Source: Abditibacterium sp.
GTDB taxonomy: Bacteria > Armatimonadota > Abditibacteriia > Abditibacteriales > Abditibacteriaceae
Direction of reading: 5' to 3'
Assembly: GCA_965199495.1 (NCBI GenBank)
Contig: CBDASK010000003.1
Coordinates: 1,408,001 to 1,472,000, forward strand
Length of the DNA stretch: 64,000 nt
Shown: one piece after another, positions 47,852 through 57,952 of the stretch
Numbering within the stretch: position 1 is the stretch's first letter
How the letters are laid out: each line of letters begins with the position of its first letter
Position numbers and translations under genes: made by a program
The notes under the pieces: generated by a model
What the model was told of the DNA's origin: nothing
Seen by the model: the letters and a program-made list of their open reading frames with translations, nothing else
Databases searched by the model: none

Positions 47852-48091
47852 TCAGCTTCCGATTTTGCTGGCGCTCGAACGCATCTGTTTGGGCGTGGCT
47901 TGCGAACCGCCGCCCTGCGATTTATCGGCGCTGGGATCGGGGCGTTTTTCTTTGGCGGCGCGATTGCTGGCCTGCGCGGATTGGCGCGCCTTTAATTTTT
48001 GCAGCGGAGTCATATTGGTCTGGCCCCCCGCTTCGATGGCGTCAATGTCGGCGGCGGGTTCGGTGGAAAGATTTTTTTCTGGTTTTGCCAT
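47852..48091 (-). CDS. Small hydrophilic hypothetical protein
   Basis: 79 aa with a plausible RBS (AGGA) upstream. Confidence 0.55.
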   Translation of the reverse strand: MAKPEKNLSTEPAADIDAIEAGGQTNMTPLQKLKARQSAQASNRAAKEKRPDPSADKSQGGGSQATPKQMRSSASKIGS

Positions 48092-48207
48092 AATGTTTTT
48101 CCTGTTGTGGAGACGGTTAGTTTAATCTTTAACGCAGCCACGTCGGCGCCGTGGCTGCGATGTCGCTCTAAAGATTTTGGCAGAATTGTCGAAAACAGCC
48201 GTATTTT

Positions 48208-49149
48208 ATGAAATGGATTCGAGATCACTGGCGCTGGGCGCTCAAAGGCGTGGTGCTGGCGGGCCTTTTAATCGCGGGCGCCAAATATCTGAGCGGCGGC
48301 CAATTCTGGAACGCCATCGGTCATTTTCGCTGGATTTATGCGCTACCGATTACAGCTTTGACGCTACTTTATGTGATGATTCGCGGCGCTCGCTTTGGCG
48401 TGCCGCTGCATTATCTCGCCGGATTAAACCGCCTGACGGCGGGCGTGGCTTCGGCGTCGGGTGAGGGCGCCGCACTGATGCCCGGCGGCGTGATGACTTA
48501 TCTCGCGATGCTCAAAGAAGTCGGTGTCAAAGTCGGGCGTAGCGGCGCCACGGTCGCTTGGGTCAGCGTTTTAGATCAAGGATTATTCGTTTCGCTTTCC
48601 CTCATTGCCTCGCTGTGGCTGCCCGCCGCACGCCGGGGCGCCTTCGCGGTTTTGACAATGTTAATCCTCTTCGGTGTATCGCTGGCGATTCCCATGACGC
48701 GCCTGTGGCTGAGCGTCGCGTGGGAAAGTTTGCTGCTCAAAATCGGCGCGTTGGTTTCGTGGCGCGACGGCTTGAGCGCGATGCGCGATTTGCTCAACGC
48801 GCGCGTGATGGGCGAGGGATTATTGCTCACGCTGGGCGCGGCGTTGGCGATGGCGGGCGCGCTCAATCTGGCGGTTTCGGGATTGGGCGCCGACATCACG
48901 TTTGCCTCGGCTTTGCTCGCCTACACGCTCTCTTCGATGCTGGGCCGCCTGACGCCTTTGCCGGGCGGCGTTGGTGTGACCGAAGCGGCCCTCGTGGGCG
49001 TATTGCACCAAGTCGGCGGCCTCAATTTGGAGCAGGCCGCAGCAGCCACGGCGATCTTTCGCGTCGGCACGACGCTGTTTAGCGCAGTCGTCGGCACGAC
49101 GGTTTATGCGCTGTGGTGGAATCGGCGCGTGGCGCACGAAGCGAGTTAA
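48208..49149 (+). CDS. Lysylphosphatidylglycerol synthase TM / flippase-like protein (UPF0104)
   Basis: Multi-TM; PLPGGVGVTEA, AIFR. Confidence 0.8.
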   Translation: MKWIRDHWRWALKGVVLAGLLIAGAKYLSGGQFWNAIGHFRWIYALPITALTLLYVMIRGARFGVPLHYLAGLNRLTAGVASASGEGAALMPGGVMTYLAMLKEVGVKVGRSGATVAWVSVLDQGLFVSLSLIASLWLPAARRGAFAVLTMLILFGVSLAIPMTRLWLSVAWESLLLKIGALVSWRDGLSAMRDLLNARVMGEGLLLTLGAALAMAGALNLAVSGLGADITFASALLAYTLSSMLGRLTPLPGGVGVTEAALVGVLHQVGGLNLEQAAAATAIFRVGTTLFSAVVGTTVYALWWNRRVAHEAS

Positions 49150-49217
49150 ATGACTTCGCTCAATCTCTGAAGCCAATTAATCGGGAAAAAGAAGCTCGGT
49201 AGTATTCAACTCAAACC

Positions 49218-49342
49218 AGCGACTAAAGTCGCGGCAACATAGAGCAAAGTCCGCCTACGCGGACTGAAATTATAACCGTTTAGGTTTCGCTCGCAGTCCG
49301 CGTAGGCGGACTTTGCTCTATGTTGCCGCAACTTTAGTCGCT
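49218..49342. repeat. REPIN-like palindrome with 49-bp arms
   Basis: AGCGACTAAAGTCGCGGCAACATAGAGCAAAGTCCGCCTACGCGGACTG and its near-perfect inverse. Confidence 0.88.
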
Positions 49343-49372
49343 TGCAAAAGATTGGTTTCTTTTTCTGACTAC

Positions 49373-50359
49373 TTAATTTTTATTTCCCTCTGCATTGGAA
49401 TCACCCTTCGTATTGTCCTTCGCGCGTAGAGACGCCGCGATTTTCGATTTTTCGGGCGCCTGTCCCTCGCCTTTGGGCCAGCCTTCGCGCTGAGCCGCGC
49501 GGTCGCCGTCGGTGGCTTCGGTTTGGTCGTGCCACAAAATCTGTTGAGTCGGGAACGGCATATCAATGCCCGCCTGAGTCAGCGCGCCTTTGATCTGTTC
49601 CAAAACTTTGTCCTGCACATTCAGCACATCGGCCTGACGCGGCGGCGCCACCCAGTAACGAATGCGAATATTTACGCTACTGCCCGCCAGATCAACCACG
49701 ATGGCATCGGGCGCCGGATCATCCAAAACTTCTTCGATATTTCGCATCACGCCCAACATTATTTTTTTGGCCTTAGCGATGTCATCGCCATAACCGATGC
49801 CGACATCATATTGCAAACGGCGCTTTTCGTTGGCCGTATTGACCGTCACCGAGTTGGTAAATAAATTCGAGTTGGGAATCACCACGGTGCGCCCGTCGTA
49901 GGTATGAATAAAAGTCGCGCGCGTTTGAATTTCTTTGACGGTACCCTCGAAATCGTTGACTTTAATTTGGTCGCCGATGCGAAACGGCTCGGACAAAAGT
50001 ATTAAAATGCCAGCGAGAAAATTTTGCAAAATATCGCGAAAAGCAAAGCCCAGAGCCACGCTCGAAAGTCCCAAACCGCTCACCAACTGGCCGGGCGTAA
50101 AGCTGGGAATCGCGATGACTAAAGCGATGAGCAGACCGATAAAAATCATCACACCCTGCGCCAATCGGCCCAAAACCAAACCCAGACTGTAATGCTGCTG
50201 GTTGCGCTCGGCCAGTTTGCGCACCAGACTGCGCACTAATTTCCCCACAAAAAAGAAGATAAAGAAAATGATAAGGCCCAGCACGATGTAGGGCACGCGC
50301 AACAAAAATCCAGCGACCATTGTTTGCAATGAGGATGTCGCTTCCGAAAGATCGAACAT
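49373..50359 (-). CDS. mscS: Small-conductance mechanosensitive channel
   Basis: GFAFRDILQNFLAG, PFRIGDQI, VIPNS, IDMPFP. Confidence 0.9.
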   Translation of the reverse strand: MFDLSEATSSLQTMVAGFLLRVPYIVLGLIIFFIFFFVGKLVRSLVRKLAERNQQHYSLGLVLGRLAQGVMIFIGLLIALVIAIPSFTPGQLVSGLGLSSVALGFAFRDILQNFLAGILILLSEPFRIGDQIKVNDFEGTVKEIQTRATFIHTYDGRTVVIPNSNLFTNSVTVNTANEKRRLQYDVGIGYGDDIAKAKKIMLGVMRNIEEVLDDPAPDAIVVDLAGSSVNIRIRYWVAPPRQADVLNVQDKVLEQIKGALTQAGIDMPFPTQQILWHDQTEATDGDRAAQREGWPKGEGQAPEKSKIAASLRAKDNTKGDSNAEGNKN

Positions 50360-50444
50360 ATGGAAAACAAATGCGCCGCAAAGCCAGTGCCGCTTTCTGA
50401 GAAGAAACTCGACGGCACAAATCGCGCATCTGCGTCGTGTTCTC

Positions 50445-51338
50445 ATGCCCGAAGGCCCCGAAGTCCGCCGCTATGCCCAACAACTCGCGCAGGTTTTGGA
50501 CGGCGGTGAAATCCTCCATTTCTCCGCGCGAACCAAAGCCGCCAAGGCGTGGTTGCTCGAACACGTCACCGAACTGACCGGACAAAGAATCCTCGAAGTT
50601 CGCTCGCACGGCAAACATTTGTATGGCCGTATCGAAGGCGGTTATGGCTTTCATTCGCACTTGATGATGTGGGGCCGTTGGTTCGTGCATCCCGGCGACC
50701 AAATCGTCGAGACCGACAAGCGCGAACGCGCGCGCATCGCTACAGCCACGGCGATTGCGGTTTTGTTTTCCGCGCCGATTTTCGATGTTTTCGCGGGCGA
50801 TCCCTACGAGCAAATCGAGAATTTAGCCACGCTCGGCCCCGACATCATTCCGTATAGCGGCGCTTTCGACGCCGCCGAATTCAATCGCCGATTGCTCGAA
50901 CACGGCGACCGCGAAATTGGCGCCGCACTTTTGGATCAACGCATTTGCGCCGGAATTGGCAATTACATTCGCGCCGAAGTTTTGTTCTTCTGCGGCATTA
51001 ACCCCTTTACTTTGATTCGCGATTTAACCGCTACCAATTTCGCTTGTTTAAACCAACAAATCCCGCTCGTCGGCGGGCGCGCGTGGGCCGAACCGGGCGT
51101 ATCGGTGCCGCCGGAAATGCGCGCGCGTTTGCTTTCGGAAAACGAGTTATCTTACGGAGAAGAAATTCGCGAATTCGCCGCACGCCACGCGGTTTTCCGT
51201 CGCACTAATTTGCCGTGCTTAAATTGCGGCGAGAAAATTAAGCAAAAGCGTCAAATAATTCTCAAGTCGGAAGAAGAAAACGAGAAAGACAAATCGCGCA
51301 TCATCTATTTTTGCTCGAATTGCCAGCAAGTTGGATAG
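50445..51338 (+). CDS. Fpg/Nei family DNA glycosylase/AP lyase
   Basis: MPEGPEV, GKHL, HLMMWG, LGPD, LLDQRICAGIGN, CLNC..CSNCQ. Confidence 0.92.
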   Translation: MPEGPEVRRYAQQLAQVLDGGEILHFSARTKAAKAWLLEHVTELTGQRILEVRSHGKHLYGRIEGGYGFHSHLMMWGRWFVHPGDQIVETDKRERARIATATAIAVLFSAPIFDVFAGDPYEQIENLATLGPDIIPYSGAFDAAEFNRRLLEHGDREIGAALLDQRICAGIGNYIRAEVLFFCGINPFTLIRDLTATNFACLNQQIPLVGGRAWAEPGVSVPPEMRARLLSENELSYGEEIREFAARHAVFRRTNLPCLNCGEKIKQKRQIILKSEEENEKDKSRIIYFCSNCQQVG

Positions 51339-51486
51339 ATTATTTTCCTGAAATTAGCCGTTTGTGCGTTCGCCGTTCCGTTCGCCGTGGCTGCATTCGT
51401 TGGGCGGATTAAACGTTATAAACGGTTTGCCTCAACGCCGATAAAAAGACGATTTCGTAGCTGAAAAACTCGCGCCTTTAGCTTTC

Positions 51487-51679
51487 AATTTAGGAGTTAC
51501 GCAGTGGCCCTCTGCTTGTCATTCTGAGCGCAGTGAGGCACGAACGAAGTCGAAGAATCCACCGGTCGCGACGAAGTTTGACGTTCGTCGGCGAATTCAC
51601 GTCATGGATTCTTCGACTTCGTTCGTGCCTCACTGCGCTCAGAATGACAAGCAGAGGGCCACTGCGTAACTCCTAAATT
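51487..51679. repeat. Palindrome with 75-bp arms (GTCATTCTGAG...GAAGAATC family)
   Basis: 51487-51561 is the reverse complement of 51605-51679. Confidence 0.9.
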
Positions 51680-51725
51680 TTTTCTTCTCCAACTCGACAC
51701 AGTAATTTTTTTTTGTTAAATTGTC

Positions 51726-54700
51726 TTGATGTTTTCGACGAAACATCAAGACAAAACGCTCGGCGATTTCGTTAAAGCCCGCCGTTTTCCCGCCGTGATT
51801 ACCGGCGCGCACATTCGCGAGTTACGCGAAAATCCCGATTCCGACGAAACGCTCGATTTCGTCGGCGGCTATTTAGGTTTCGACGCCCGTTCGCATCACG
51901 CCCTCGAAGCGTTATTGACGAGTTTGAGCGGCGACAAAGGCGGCGCGTTCTGGCTCAACGGCGTTTACGGCGCAGGCAAAAGCCACTTGCTGGGCGCCGT
52001 GGCTCTATTGTGCGATGGCGCCGCGCACGAAGTTTTCGGCGCGCTTTATCCGGCGTTCGCGCCGTTGTTAAAACGGTTCGCGCCGCGTCTGGTGATTTCG
52101 ATTGCGTTGGACGATTACAGTGCGCGCACCTTCGATTTGGAAGGAATTTTCTGGCGCGAACTCGATACGCAAGCCGCGCGGCAAAACCTGAATTTGCCCG
52201 CGCGCAAAGCCGATGAATCGCGCGCGGAAAACTTCGCGCAATTGGAAAACGCGTTGCGCGAAAACGGTTTGAGCGGCCTCGTCATTTGCATAGACGAAGT
52301 TTCGCTGTTTTTGGGCGGGCGCGAGCGCGAGGGCTTGCAAAGCGACGCGGCGTTTTTGCAGTTTTTGGGGCAACATTCGCGGCGTTCGGCGCTGTGGATC
52401 GTCGGCGCCATCCAAAAAACAGTCGAAGACATCGGCGATTTGGAAACCTATTCGTTGAGTCAAATTCGTGACCGCTTCACCACGTTGCCGCTTTCGCTGG
52501 CGCATTTGCCGGCCCTCGTCGAGGCGCGCTTGCGCGTGATTTCTGATGCGCAAGCCGTTGACGAATTGTGCGCGCAAACTTTCGCCGCGCAGAGCGAAGC
52601 GTTGCCGCGTTTGGATTTCGGGCCGCAGGAATGGCGCGCGCTGTTCCCATTTCATCCCTCTGCGATTGATTTACTCGAAAAGGTGACCAGCCGATTTTTC
52701 TCGCGCACACGCAGTGCGGCGTTGTTTTGCGTTCACGCGTTGGATAAGTGCGGCGATGAGGCAGCCACGGCGCGCGTGGGGCCGGAACGAATTTGGGATT
52801 ATTTCGTGCCCGAACTCGAATCGCACCCCGATTTGCGCGCGCTGGGCGAAGTCTGGGAAAGCTGGGAGCCGCTCGCCGCTTCGATTGCGCCTTCGGACTC
52901 GGACGATATGCGGAGAACGATGAAATTTTTGTTGGTCAGCAAAATCGCCGGACAAAACCCGACGCCGCTTCACGTCGCCAACGCATTGGGATTCGATGTC
53001 GGATTGGGCGGCGACGGCAACCTTGATTACGCGCGACAGTTATTAGAAAAATTGCGCCGCAACGCGCCGTTTGTCGCGCTCGAACGTGGCGACGAGGCCT
53101 TGGGCGACCGTTACGCGATTGATCTGGGCAAGCGCGTCGGCGAATTGGCGCGGCGCCAAATCGCCCAATCCGCCGAAGGTTTGAGTGTGGGCGACGCACG
53201 TTTGATGGCGCAGGCGCTACGCGCCGCTGGGGCCGAGCCGATGCCGCTATCGCAATTGAGCGGTGGCAATATCGCGACGATGTGGGCCAACTCGCCGCGC
53301 GCGATTGCGGTTGATGTCGAAAGCGGCGCGAGTGCTGCGACTTTGGCCAATCGCATCTTGTCCACGCGCGAAGCGGGCGCGTTGGCCAGCGCGTTTTTAT
53401 TGATTTTGCCGCCGTTTTCTTTAGATGAATGGGACAGATTTGGCGTGATAAATCTACTCGAAGACCCGCGCGACCGCGCCGCGTTTTGGATGTGGAAGCC
53501 GCGCCCACCCGCGCGAGACGAATGGGAATTGTGCCGCGAAAGCGAGGCGGCGCGTTTAGCGGCGTCCGATCCGGCACTGGCCGACAACCGGCGCGGACGA
53601 GCGATCACAGAACATCTCGAAAAAGGTGCGTCCGCCCGCGACGCGCAACTTGCGCGCGTGGTGACGCGACTTTATTTGGAAGGCGAATTGGTGTTGGGAA
53701 CCGGCGTGGCTCTGGAAGCCGCCGAACTGGCGCGCGGCGAAACCTTCGCGGCGCTGTTGGAAAGCGTTGCCGACTTCGCTTTGCCGCAACTGTTTCCGCG
53801 CTGGCCCGAAATCGCGCCGCGCGCGCGACTTCTCACGCCATCCAACGCCGACGCTTTGTGTCTCGAAATTCTGCGGCGCCCGACGAGCGAACCGTTTTTC
53901 GCGCCCTCGCTCGAACGCTTGGCGCGTCACGTCGCGATGCCGCTCGGATTGGCGACTTCGAGCGCCGGGCGCTGGAAAATCGCGCCCGGTTTAGACGCGT
54001 GGCGCGAGCCGTTTATCCAAAGCGTCGGCGGCGGCGCGACATTGAGCGCGCTCGAAGCGATGTGGGCGAAAAACGAATGGGGCTGGCCCGCCGAAACGTT
54101 CGCGCTCGCGGTTTGCGCGTTGCTACGCGACGGCGAATTGAGCGCACTCGATGCGCGCGGCCAAGTTTTGTCGCCCGCGCAAATCGGTTTGCCTTTGCGC
54201 CGCAGCGTCCATTCGCTCAAACCGGGCGAGTTGCCCGACAACCAAATGTGGACGCGCGCGGCGAGTTTCGCCCACGTCGTTTTGCGCGAAAAAGTCGGCG
54301 CGCCGTCGTTCGAGGCGACGCAGCAATTGGCCGCGCGTATCGCGAATTGGCAAAGCGAAACCACGCGCGAACTCGAATTGGCGCGCGCCCGCGCCGCGCA
54401 GTGTCGCCGCCAATTGAATCACGATTCGCAAAGCTGGCCCCATTTTGAAGCGGCCTCGAATACGATTGGCGAGGCGTTGCAATCCTTGCCGCGTGATGGC
54501 GCGCCCGACGCGCTGATAGCAGCCACGGCGAACGTGGACGGCGAAGCCTTAGCGCGCGCGTTGCGCGAATTGGAAGTGACGGGCGCGCTTTTGGAAACGC
54601 GTTTGCCGACGCTTTTATCCACGCACGCGATGTTGGGTGACGGACAAAATGCGGCGCCATCACAGCTTTCGCAAAGTCGCGGCGAACTGCGTGCGCGTTT

Positions 54701-55373
54701 TGCGGCGGGCGAAAGCACGTTGCGCGACGACGATTTGCTCGAAAGCGCGGCCAAATGGAACGCCGAATATGCTGAATCTTACGCTCAATGGCACGGCGCG
54801 CAACACGACGCCGCGCGCTGGAATTCGCTGCGCCGATTGAACCAATCCGATGGTTTACGCGCGCTCGAACGACTGGCGATTTTGCGTCATCGTCCGCTCG
54901 AAGGCGGCGCGAAGATTCGCGAAATGTTGGACGGAGAGTTGTCCAAATTTTGCGCGCGCGATGGCCAACTCGAACGCGGCGGCGCGACGTGCGCTTCGTG
55001 CGATTTGCGCTGGGGCGAGCGTTTGCAGTTAGCCGATCCAATTCAAATCGCAGCGCAAATCGAAAACGGTTTAGCGCCACTGCGCGATTGGCTCGCGGAT
55101 AAAGAAGTGCGCCCGCATTTGGAACGGCGCCGTAGCGCGTTGTTGGATTGGAACGGGCAAGCGAGCGAATTGAGTGCGCTTTTAACGCCCGCAACTTTGG
55201 CCGATTTGGACGCGGCTCTGGCGCCGCGCCGCCGCGTTACGCGTTCGATGGGCGAGTTGGAAAGCGCGTTAAAAGAGTGTCGCACGCAAAGCGAGTGCGC
55301 GGCGACGTTCGCGATTTGGCTCGATGGCGGACAAGGTTTGGCGGGCGAAGACGAGATCGCGTGGCAGGATTGA
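51726..55373 (+). CDS. Large P-loop ATPase, BrxC/PglY-like (DUF6079-like)
   Basis: Walker A GVYGAGKSHL, Walker B VICIDE, QIRDRF, FPFHP, C-terminal CASC; 1215 aa. Confidence 0.7.
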   Translation: MMFSTKHQDKTLGDFVKARRFPAVITGAHIRELRENPDSDETLDFVGGYLGFDARSHHALEALLTSLSGDKGGAFWLNGVYGAGKSHLLGAVALLCDGAAHEVFGALYPAFAPLLKRFAPRLVISIALDDYSARTFDLEGIFWRELDTQAARQNLNLPARKADESRAENFAQLENALRENGLSGLVICIDEVSLFLGGREREGLQSDAAFLQFLGQHSRRSALWIVGAIQKTVEDIGDLETYSLSQIRDRFTTLPLSLAHLPALVEARLRVISDAQAVDELCAQTFAAQSEALPRLDFGPQEWRALFPFHPSAIDLLEKVTSRFFSRTRSAALFCVHALDKCGDEAATARVGPERIWDYFVPELESHPDLRALGEVWESWEPLAASIAPSDSDDMRRTMKFLLVSKIAGQNPTPLHVANALGFDVGLGGDGNLDYARQLLEKLRRNAPFVALERGDEALGDRYAIDLGKRVGELARRQIAQSAEGLSVGDARLMAQALRAAGAEPMPLSQLSGGNIATMWANSPRAIAVDVESGASAATLANRILSTREAGALASAFLLILPPFSLDEWDRFGVINLLEDPRDRAAFWMWKPRPPARDEWELCRESEAARLAASDPALADNRRGRAITEHLEKGASARDAQLARVVTRLYLEGELVLGTGVALEAAELARGETFAALLESVADFALPQLFPRWPEIAPRARLLTPSNADALCLEILRRPTSEPFFAPSLERLARHVAMPLGLATSSAGRWKIAPGLDAWREPFIQSVGGGATLSALEAMWAKNEWGWPAETFALAVCALLRDGELSALDARGQVLSPAQIGLPLRRSVHSLKPGELPDNQMWTRAASFAHVVLREKVGAPSFEATQQLAARIANWQSETTRELELARARAAQCRRQLNHDSQSWPHFEAASNTIGEALQSLPRDGAPDALIAATANVDGEALARALRELEVTGALLETRLPTLLSTHAMLGDGQNAAPSQLSQSRGELRARFAAGESTLRDDDLLESAAKWNAEYAESYAQWHGAQHDAARWNSLRRLNQSDGLRALERLAILRHRPLEGGAKIREMLDGELSKFCARDGQLERGGATCASCDLRWGERLQLADPIQIAAQIENGLAPLRDWLADKEVRPHLERRRSALLDWNGQASELSALLTPATLADLDAALAPRRRVTRSMGELESALKECRTQSECAATFAIWLDGGQGLAGEDEIAWQD

Positions 55374-55423
55374 GCGCATCGCAATTTGCTCAAGGCGCCG
55401 CTTTTGCATGGCACAAAGCAATT

Positions 55424-56617
55424 GTGACAATTCATAAATTCGGCGTCGCGCTCACGATTATGAGCGGCGCCCTGTTCTGTTCTTCCCTTTCCGCACGCGC
55501 CACCGACAAGTTCGGTGCCCAAAACGCGGGCGGCGTTTCGGTCAAAGGTTTGAATCGCGACCAAGCGATTCAACGCCTCAAACGCGAGCTGGCGCCCAAA
55601 CTCGATAAGCCGATTCAATTGCGCGCCGGGCCAGCGAACGATATCAAAACCGTCACACGGCGGCGCAGCGATGTAGGTTTCAACGTGAACATCGGCAAAA
55701 TGCTGGCGCGCCTGGAGCGCGGCGACAAATATGTTCCGATCTTTTTTCGCGTGGATACCGACAAAGCGCAACGCGCGTTGCGGCGCGTGCAAAACGCGCT
55801 GAATACGTCGCCCACAGATGCGCGCCCGGTTTATTTCAAGAAGAAAGTGCGCATCAATTCGCAAAAGTCGGGCGGGCGTTTGGACATCGGCGCCAGCGCC
55901 GTGGCTCTTCGTCAGCGCGCCGAAAAAGACGCGGCGCAAACGCGTTTTCCGCTCGTGCGCAAGGCCGTCGCGCCCAAAGTTAGCGCCGCCGATTTGAAAG
56001 GTATTAACGCGATTTTGGCGACGTATACGACCGATTTGAACCCCAACAAAAAGGGCCGCACCACCAACGTTCGCGTCGCCAGCCAGACCATTGATGGCAC
56101 GGTGTTGAAGCCCGGCGCCGTGTTTTCGCTCAACGATACTGTGGGCGAGCGCACGCCTCAACGCGGTTACAAAAAAGCGATTATTTTCGCCAATCGCCAA
56201 CTCAAAACCGAATACGGCGGCGGCGTTTCGCAGGTGACGGGCACTTTGTTCAATGCTGCGCTCGAAGCCGGTTTGCCGATTGTGACTTATCGCGTTCATA
56301 CGCGCCCGGTCGAATATATTTCGCTGGGCCGCGACGCCACGGTTTCGTGGGGCAACTTCGATATGAAGTTCAAAAATAACACGGCGGCGCCGATTTATAT
56401 TTCCTATAAATTGGAAGGCAGCGAATTGACCGCGCGTTTATTCGGCCACAAAACCGGCAACAAAGTTAAAATCAGCGTCCGTTCGCAACACATCGGCGAG
56501 CGCGAAATCAAAGCGCAATTGTATCGCACAATTCGGCGCGATGGCAAAGTCATCACCAAACAACGCGTTGGCACTTCGCATTATAAATGGGAAAAAGACG
56601 AAAATCCCAACGATTAA
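55424..56617 (+). CDS. VanW family protein
   Basis: FSLNDTVGER, GGGVSQVTGTLFNAAL, GRDATV, DMKFKN; probable GTG start. Confidence 0.9.
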   Translation: MTIHKFGVALTIMSGALFCSSLSARATDKFGAQNAGGVSVKGLNRDQAIQRLKRELAPKLDKPIQLRAGPANDIKTVTRRRSDVGFNVNIGKMLARLERGDKYVPIFFRVDTDKAQRALRRVQNALNTSPTDARPVYFKKKVRINSQKSGGRLDIGASAVALRQRAEKDAAQTRFPLVRKAVAPKVSAADLKGINAILATYTTDLNPNKKGRTTNVRVASQTIDGTVLKPGAVFSLNDTVGERTPQRGYKKAIIFANRQLKTEYGGGVSQVTGTLFNAALEAGLPIVTYRVHTRPVEYISLGRDATVSWGNFDMKFKNNTAAPIYISYKLEGSELTARLFGHKTGNKVKISVRSQHIGEREIKAQLYRTIRRDGKVITKQRVGTSHYKWEKDENPND

Positions 56618-56778
56618 AATTTCAATAGCCACAGAGTTCGCAGAGAACACACAGAAGGGCACAGAGAGAACGAAGAAATTAAAAGAACAGGAAATCGCTT
56701 TCTTTTTTTTTTAATTTCTTCGTTCTCTCTGTGCCCTTCTGTGTGTTCTCTGCGAACTCTGTGGCTATTGAAATTTTA
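56615..56778. repeat. Palindrome with 70-bp arms (AGCCACAGAG...CACAGAG family)
   Basis: 56615-56684 is the reverse complement of 56709-56778. Confidence 0.9.
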
Positions 56779-57924
56779 TCGCCGATGCGAACTCACGCTT
56801 TGCAAAAGTCCCGCGCACAACGAAAAATTGAGAAAACTCGATCCGCCGTAACTGAAAAATGGAAGCGGCACGCCGGTAATCGGCATCACGCGCATCGTCA
56901 TGCCGATGTTGATGATGCAGTGAAACGCCAACAGCGCCGTGAAACCGCCGCATAATAATACGCCAAAATAGTTATCGGCGAAAATCGCTAAATTGGTGGC
57001 GCGGTATAAAAGCAGAAAATAACAACCGATGAGGAGTGCGCCGCCCAGAAAGCCCAATTCTTCGGCGACGACGGTAAAGATGAAATCGGTCTGGTTGAAC
57101 GGAACGTAATTGGCGCGGTTTTGCATGCCCTCGCGATAACCTTGCCCAGTCAATTGGCCGCCGCCAATGGCAATCAAACTTTGGTCGAGTTGATAATTAT
57201 CTTTCGATTTCGGGTCGGCGAACGCGGTCAAGCGCGCGACTTGATGCGGTTTTAAGACGCCCGATTTGTAGGCGCCAAACATCAGCAATATTCCTATCAA
57301 CGTCACGATGAGCAGATGTTGCCAGCGCGCGCCGCCAAAAAACATGATGCCAAACCAGATGGACAAAATCGCCATCGCCGTCCCAAAATCGGGCTGTTTG
57401 AGAATCAGCAACAACGGCGGCGCCAGATACAGCAACGATAGCGCGACGGTGCGTCCCTCGTTGATACGCGTTTGGCGACGCGTGACGAACGCCGACAACG
57501 CCAGCAACAAAGCGAACTTGGAAAATTCGGAGACTTGCAGCGACAATGGCCCGATGAATATCCACGATTTGGCGCCATTGACTTCGCGCCCGACCAATAA
57601 AACGCCGACCAGCGCCGCCAGATTCATCCAATAAAGCCAGCCCTGCAAATACATCAGCCACCGGTAGTTGGCAAATCCCAGCGCCGTCATGGCGCCCAAA
57701 CCCAAAACGATAAAACCGATTTGTTTGGCCGCGTCGCTGGGTTGCCCGTGATGAAGTAAAGGCGTGCCCGGTGGCTGTGTCGCCGAAATTACGGTGAAGG
57801 CGCCCCACACCGACAGGAAAACCACGAGCGCCCACAACGGCCAATCGAAGCCCCAGATCGAGCCGCGCCCAGACGCGGAAATCGTAGCGGAAGTCGGGAG
57901 ATTGGATTGAGAAACGGAAGCCAT
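56776..57924 (-). CDS. rodA: Rod shape-determining protein RodA (SEDS)
   Basis: GAKSWI, QVSEFSK, QPDFGT, TDFIF, EELGF, PITGVPLPFFSYGGSS. Confidence 0.92.
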   Translation of the reverse strand: MASVSQSNLPTSATISASGRGSIWGFDWPLWALVVFLSVWGAFTVISATQPPGTPLLHHGQPSDAAKQIGFIVLGLGAMTALGFANYRWLMYLQGWLYWMNLAALVGVLLVGREVNGAKSWIFIGPLSLQVSEFSKFALLLALSAFVTRRQTRINEGRTVALSLLYLAPPLLLILKQPDFGTAMAILSIWFGIMFFGGARWQHLLIVTLIGILLMFGAYKSGVLKPHQVARLTAFADPKSKDNYQLDQSLIAIGGGQLTGQGYREGMQNRANYVPFNQTDFIFTVVAEELGFLGGALLIGCYFLLLYRATNLAIFADNYFGVLLCGGFTALLAFHCIINIGMTMRVMPITGVPLPFFSYGGSSFLNFSLCAGLLQSVSSHRR

Positions 57925-57952
57925 CGCGAACACAGTTTAAGCGCGGCTCAGT

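Noticed and set aside
55148..55423. N-terminal extension of the VanW ORF overlapping the ATPase
   Set aside because: The signal-like sequence begins near GTG 55424; the extension is only an open frame
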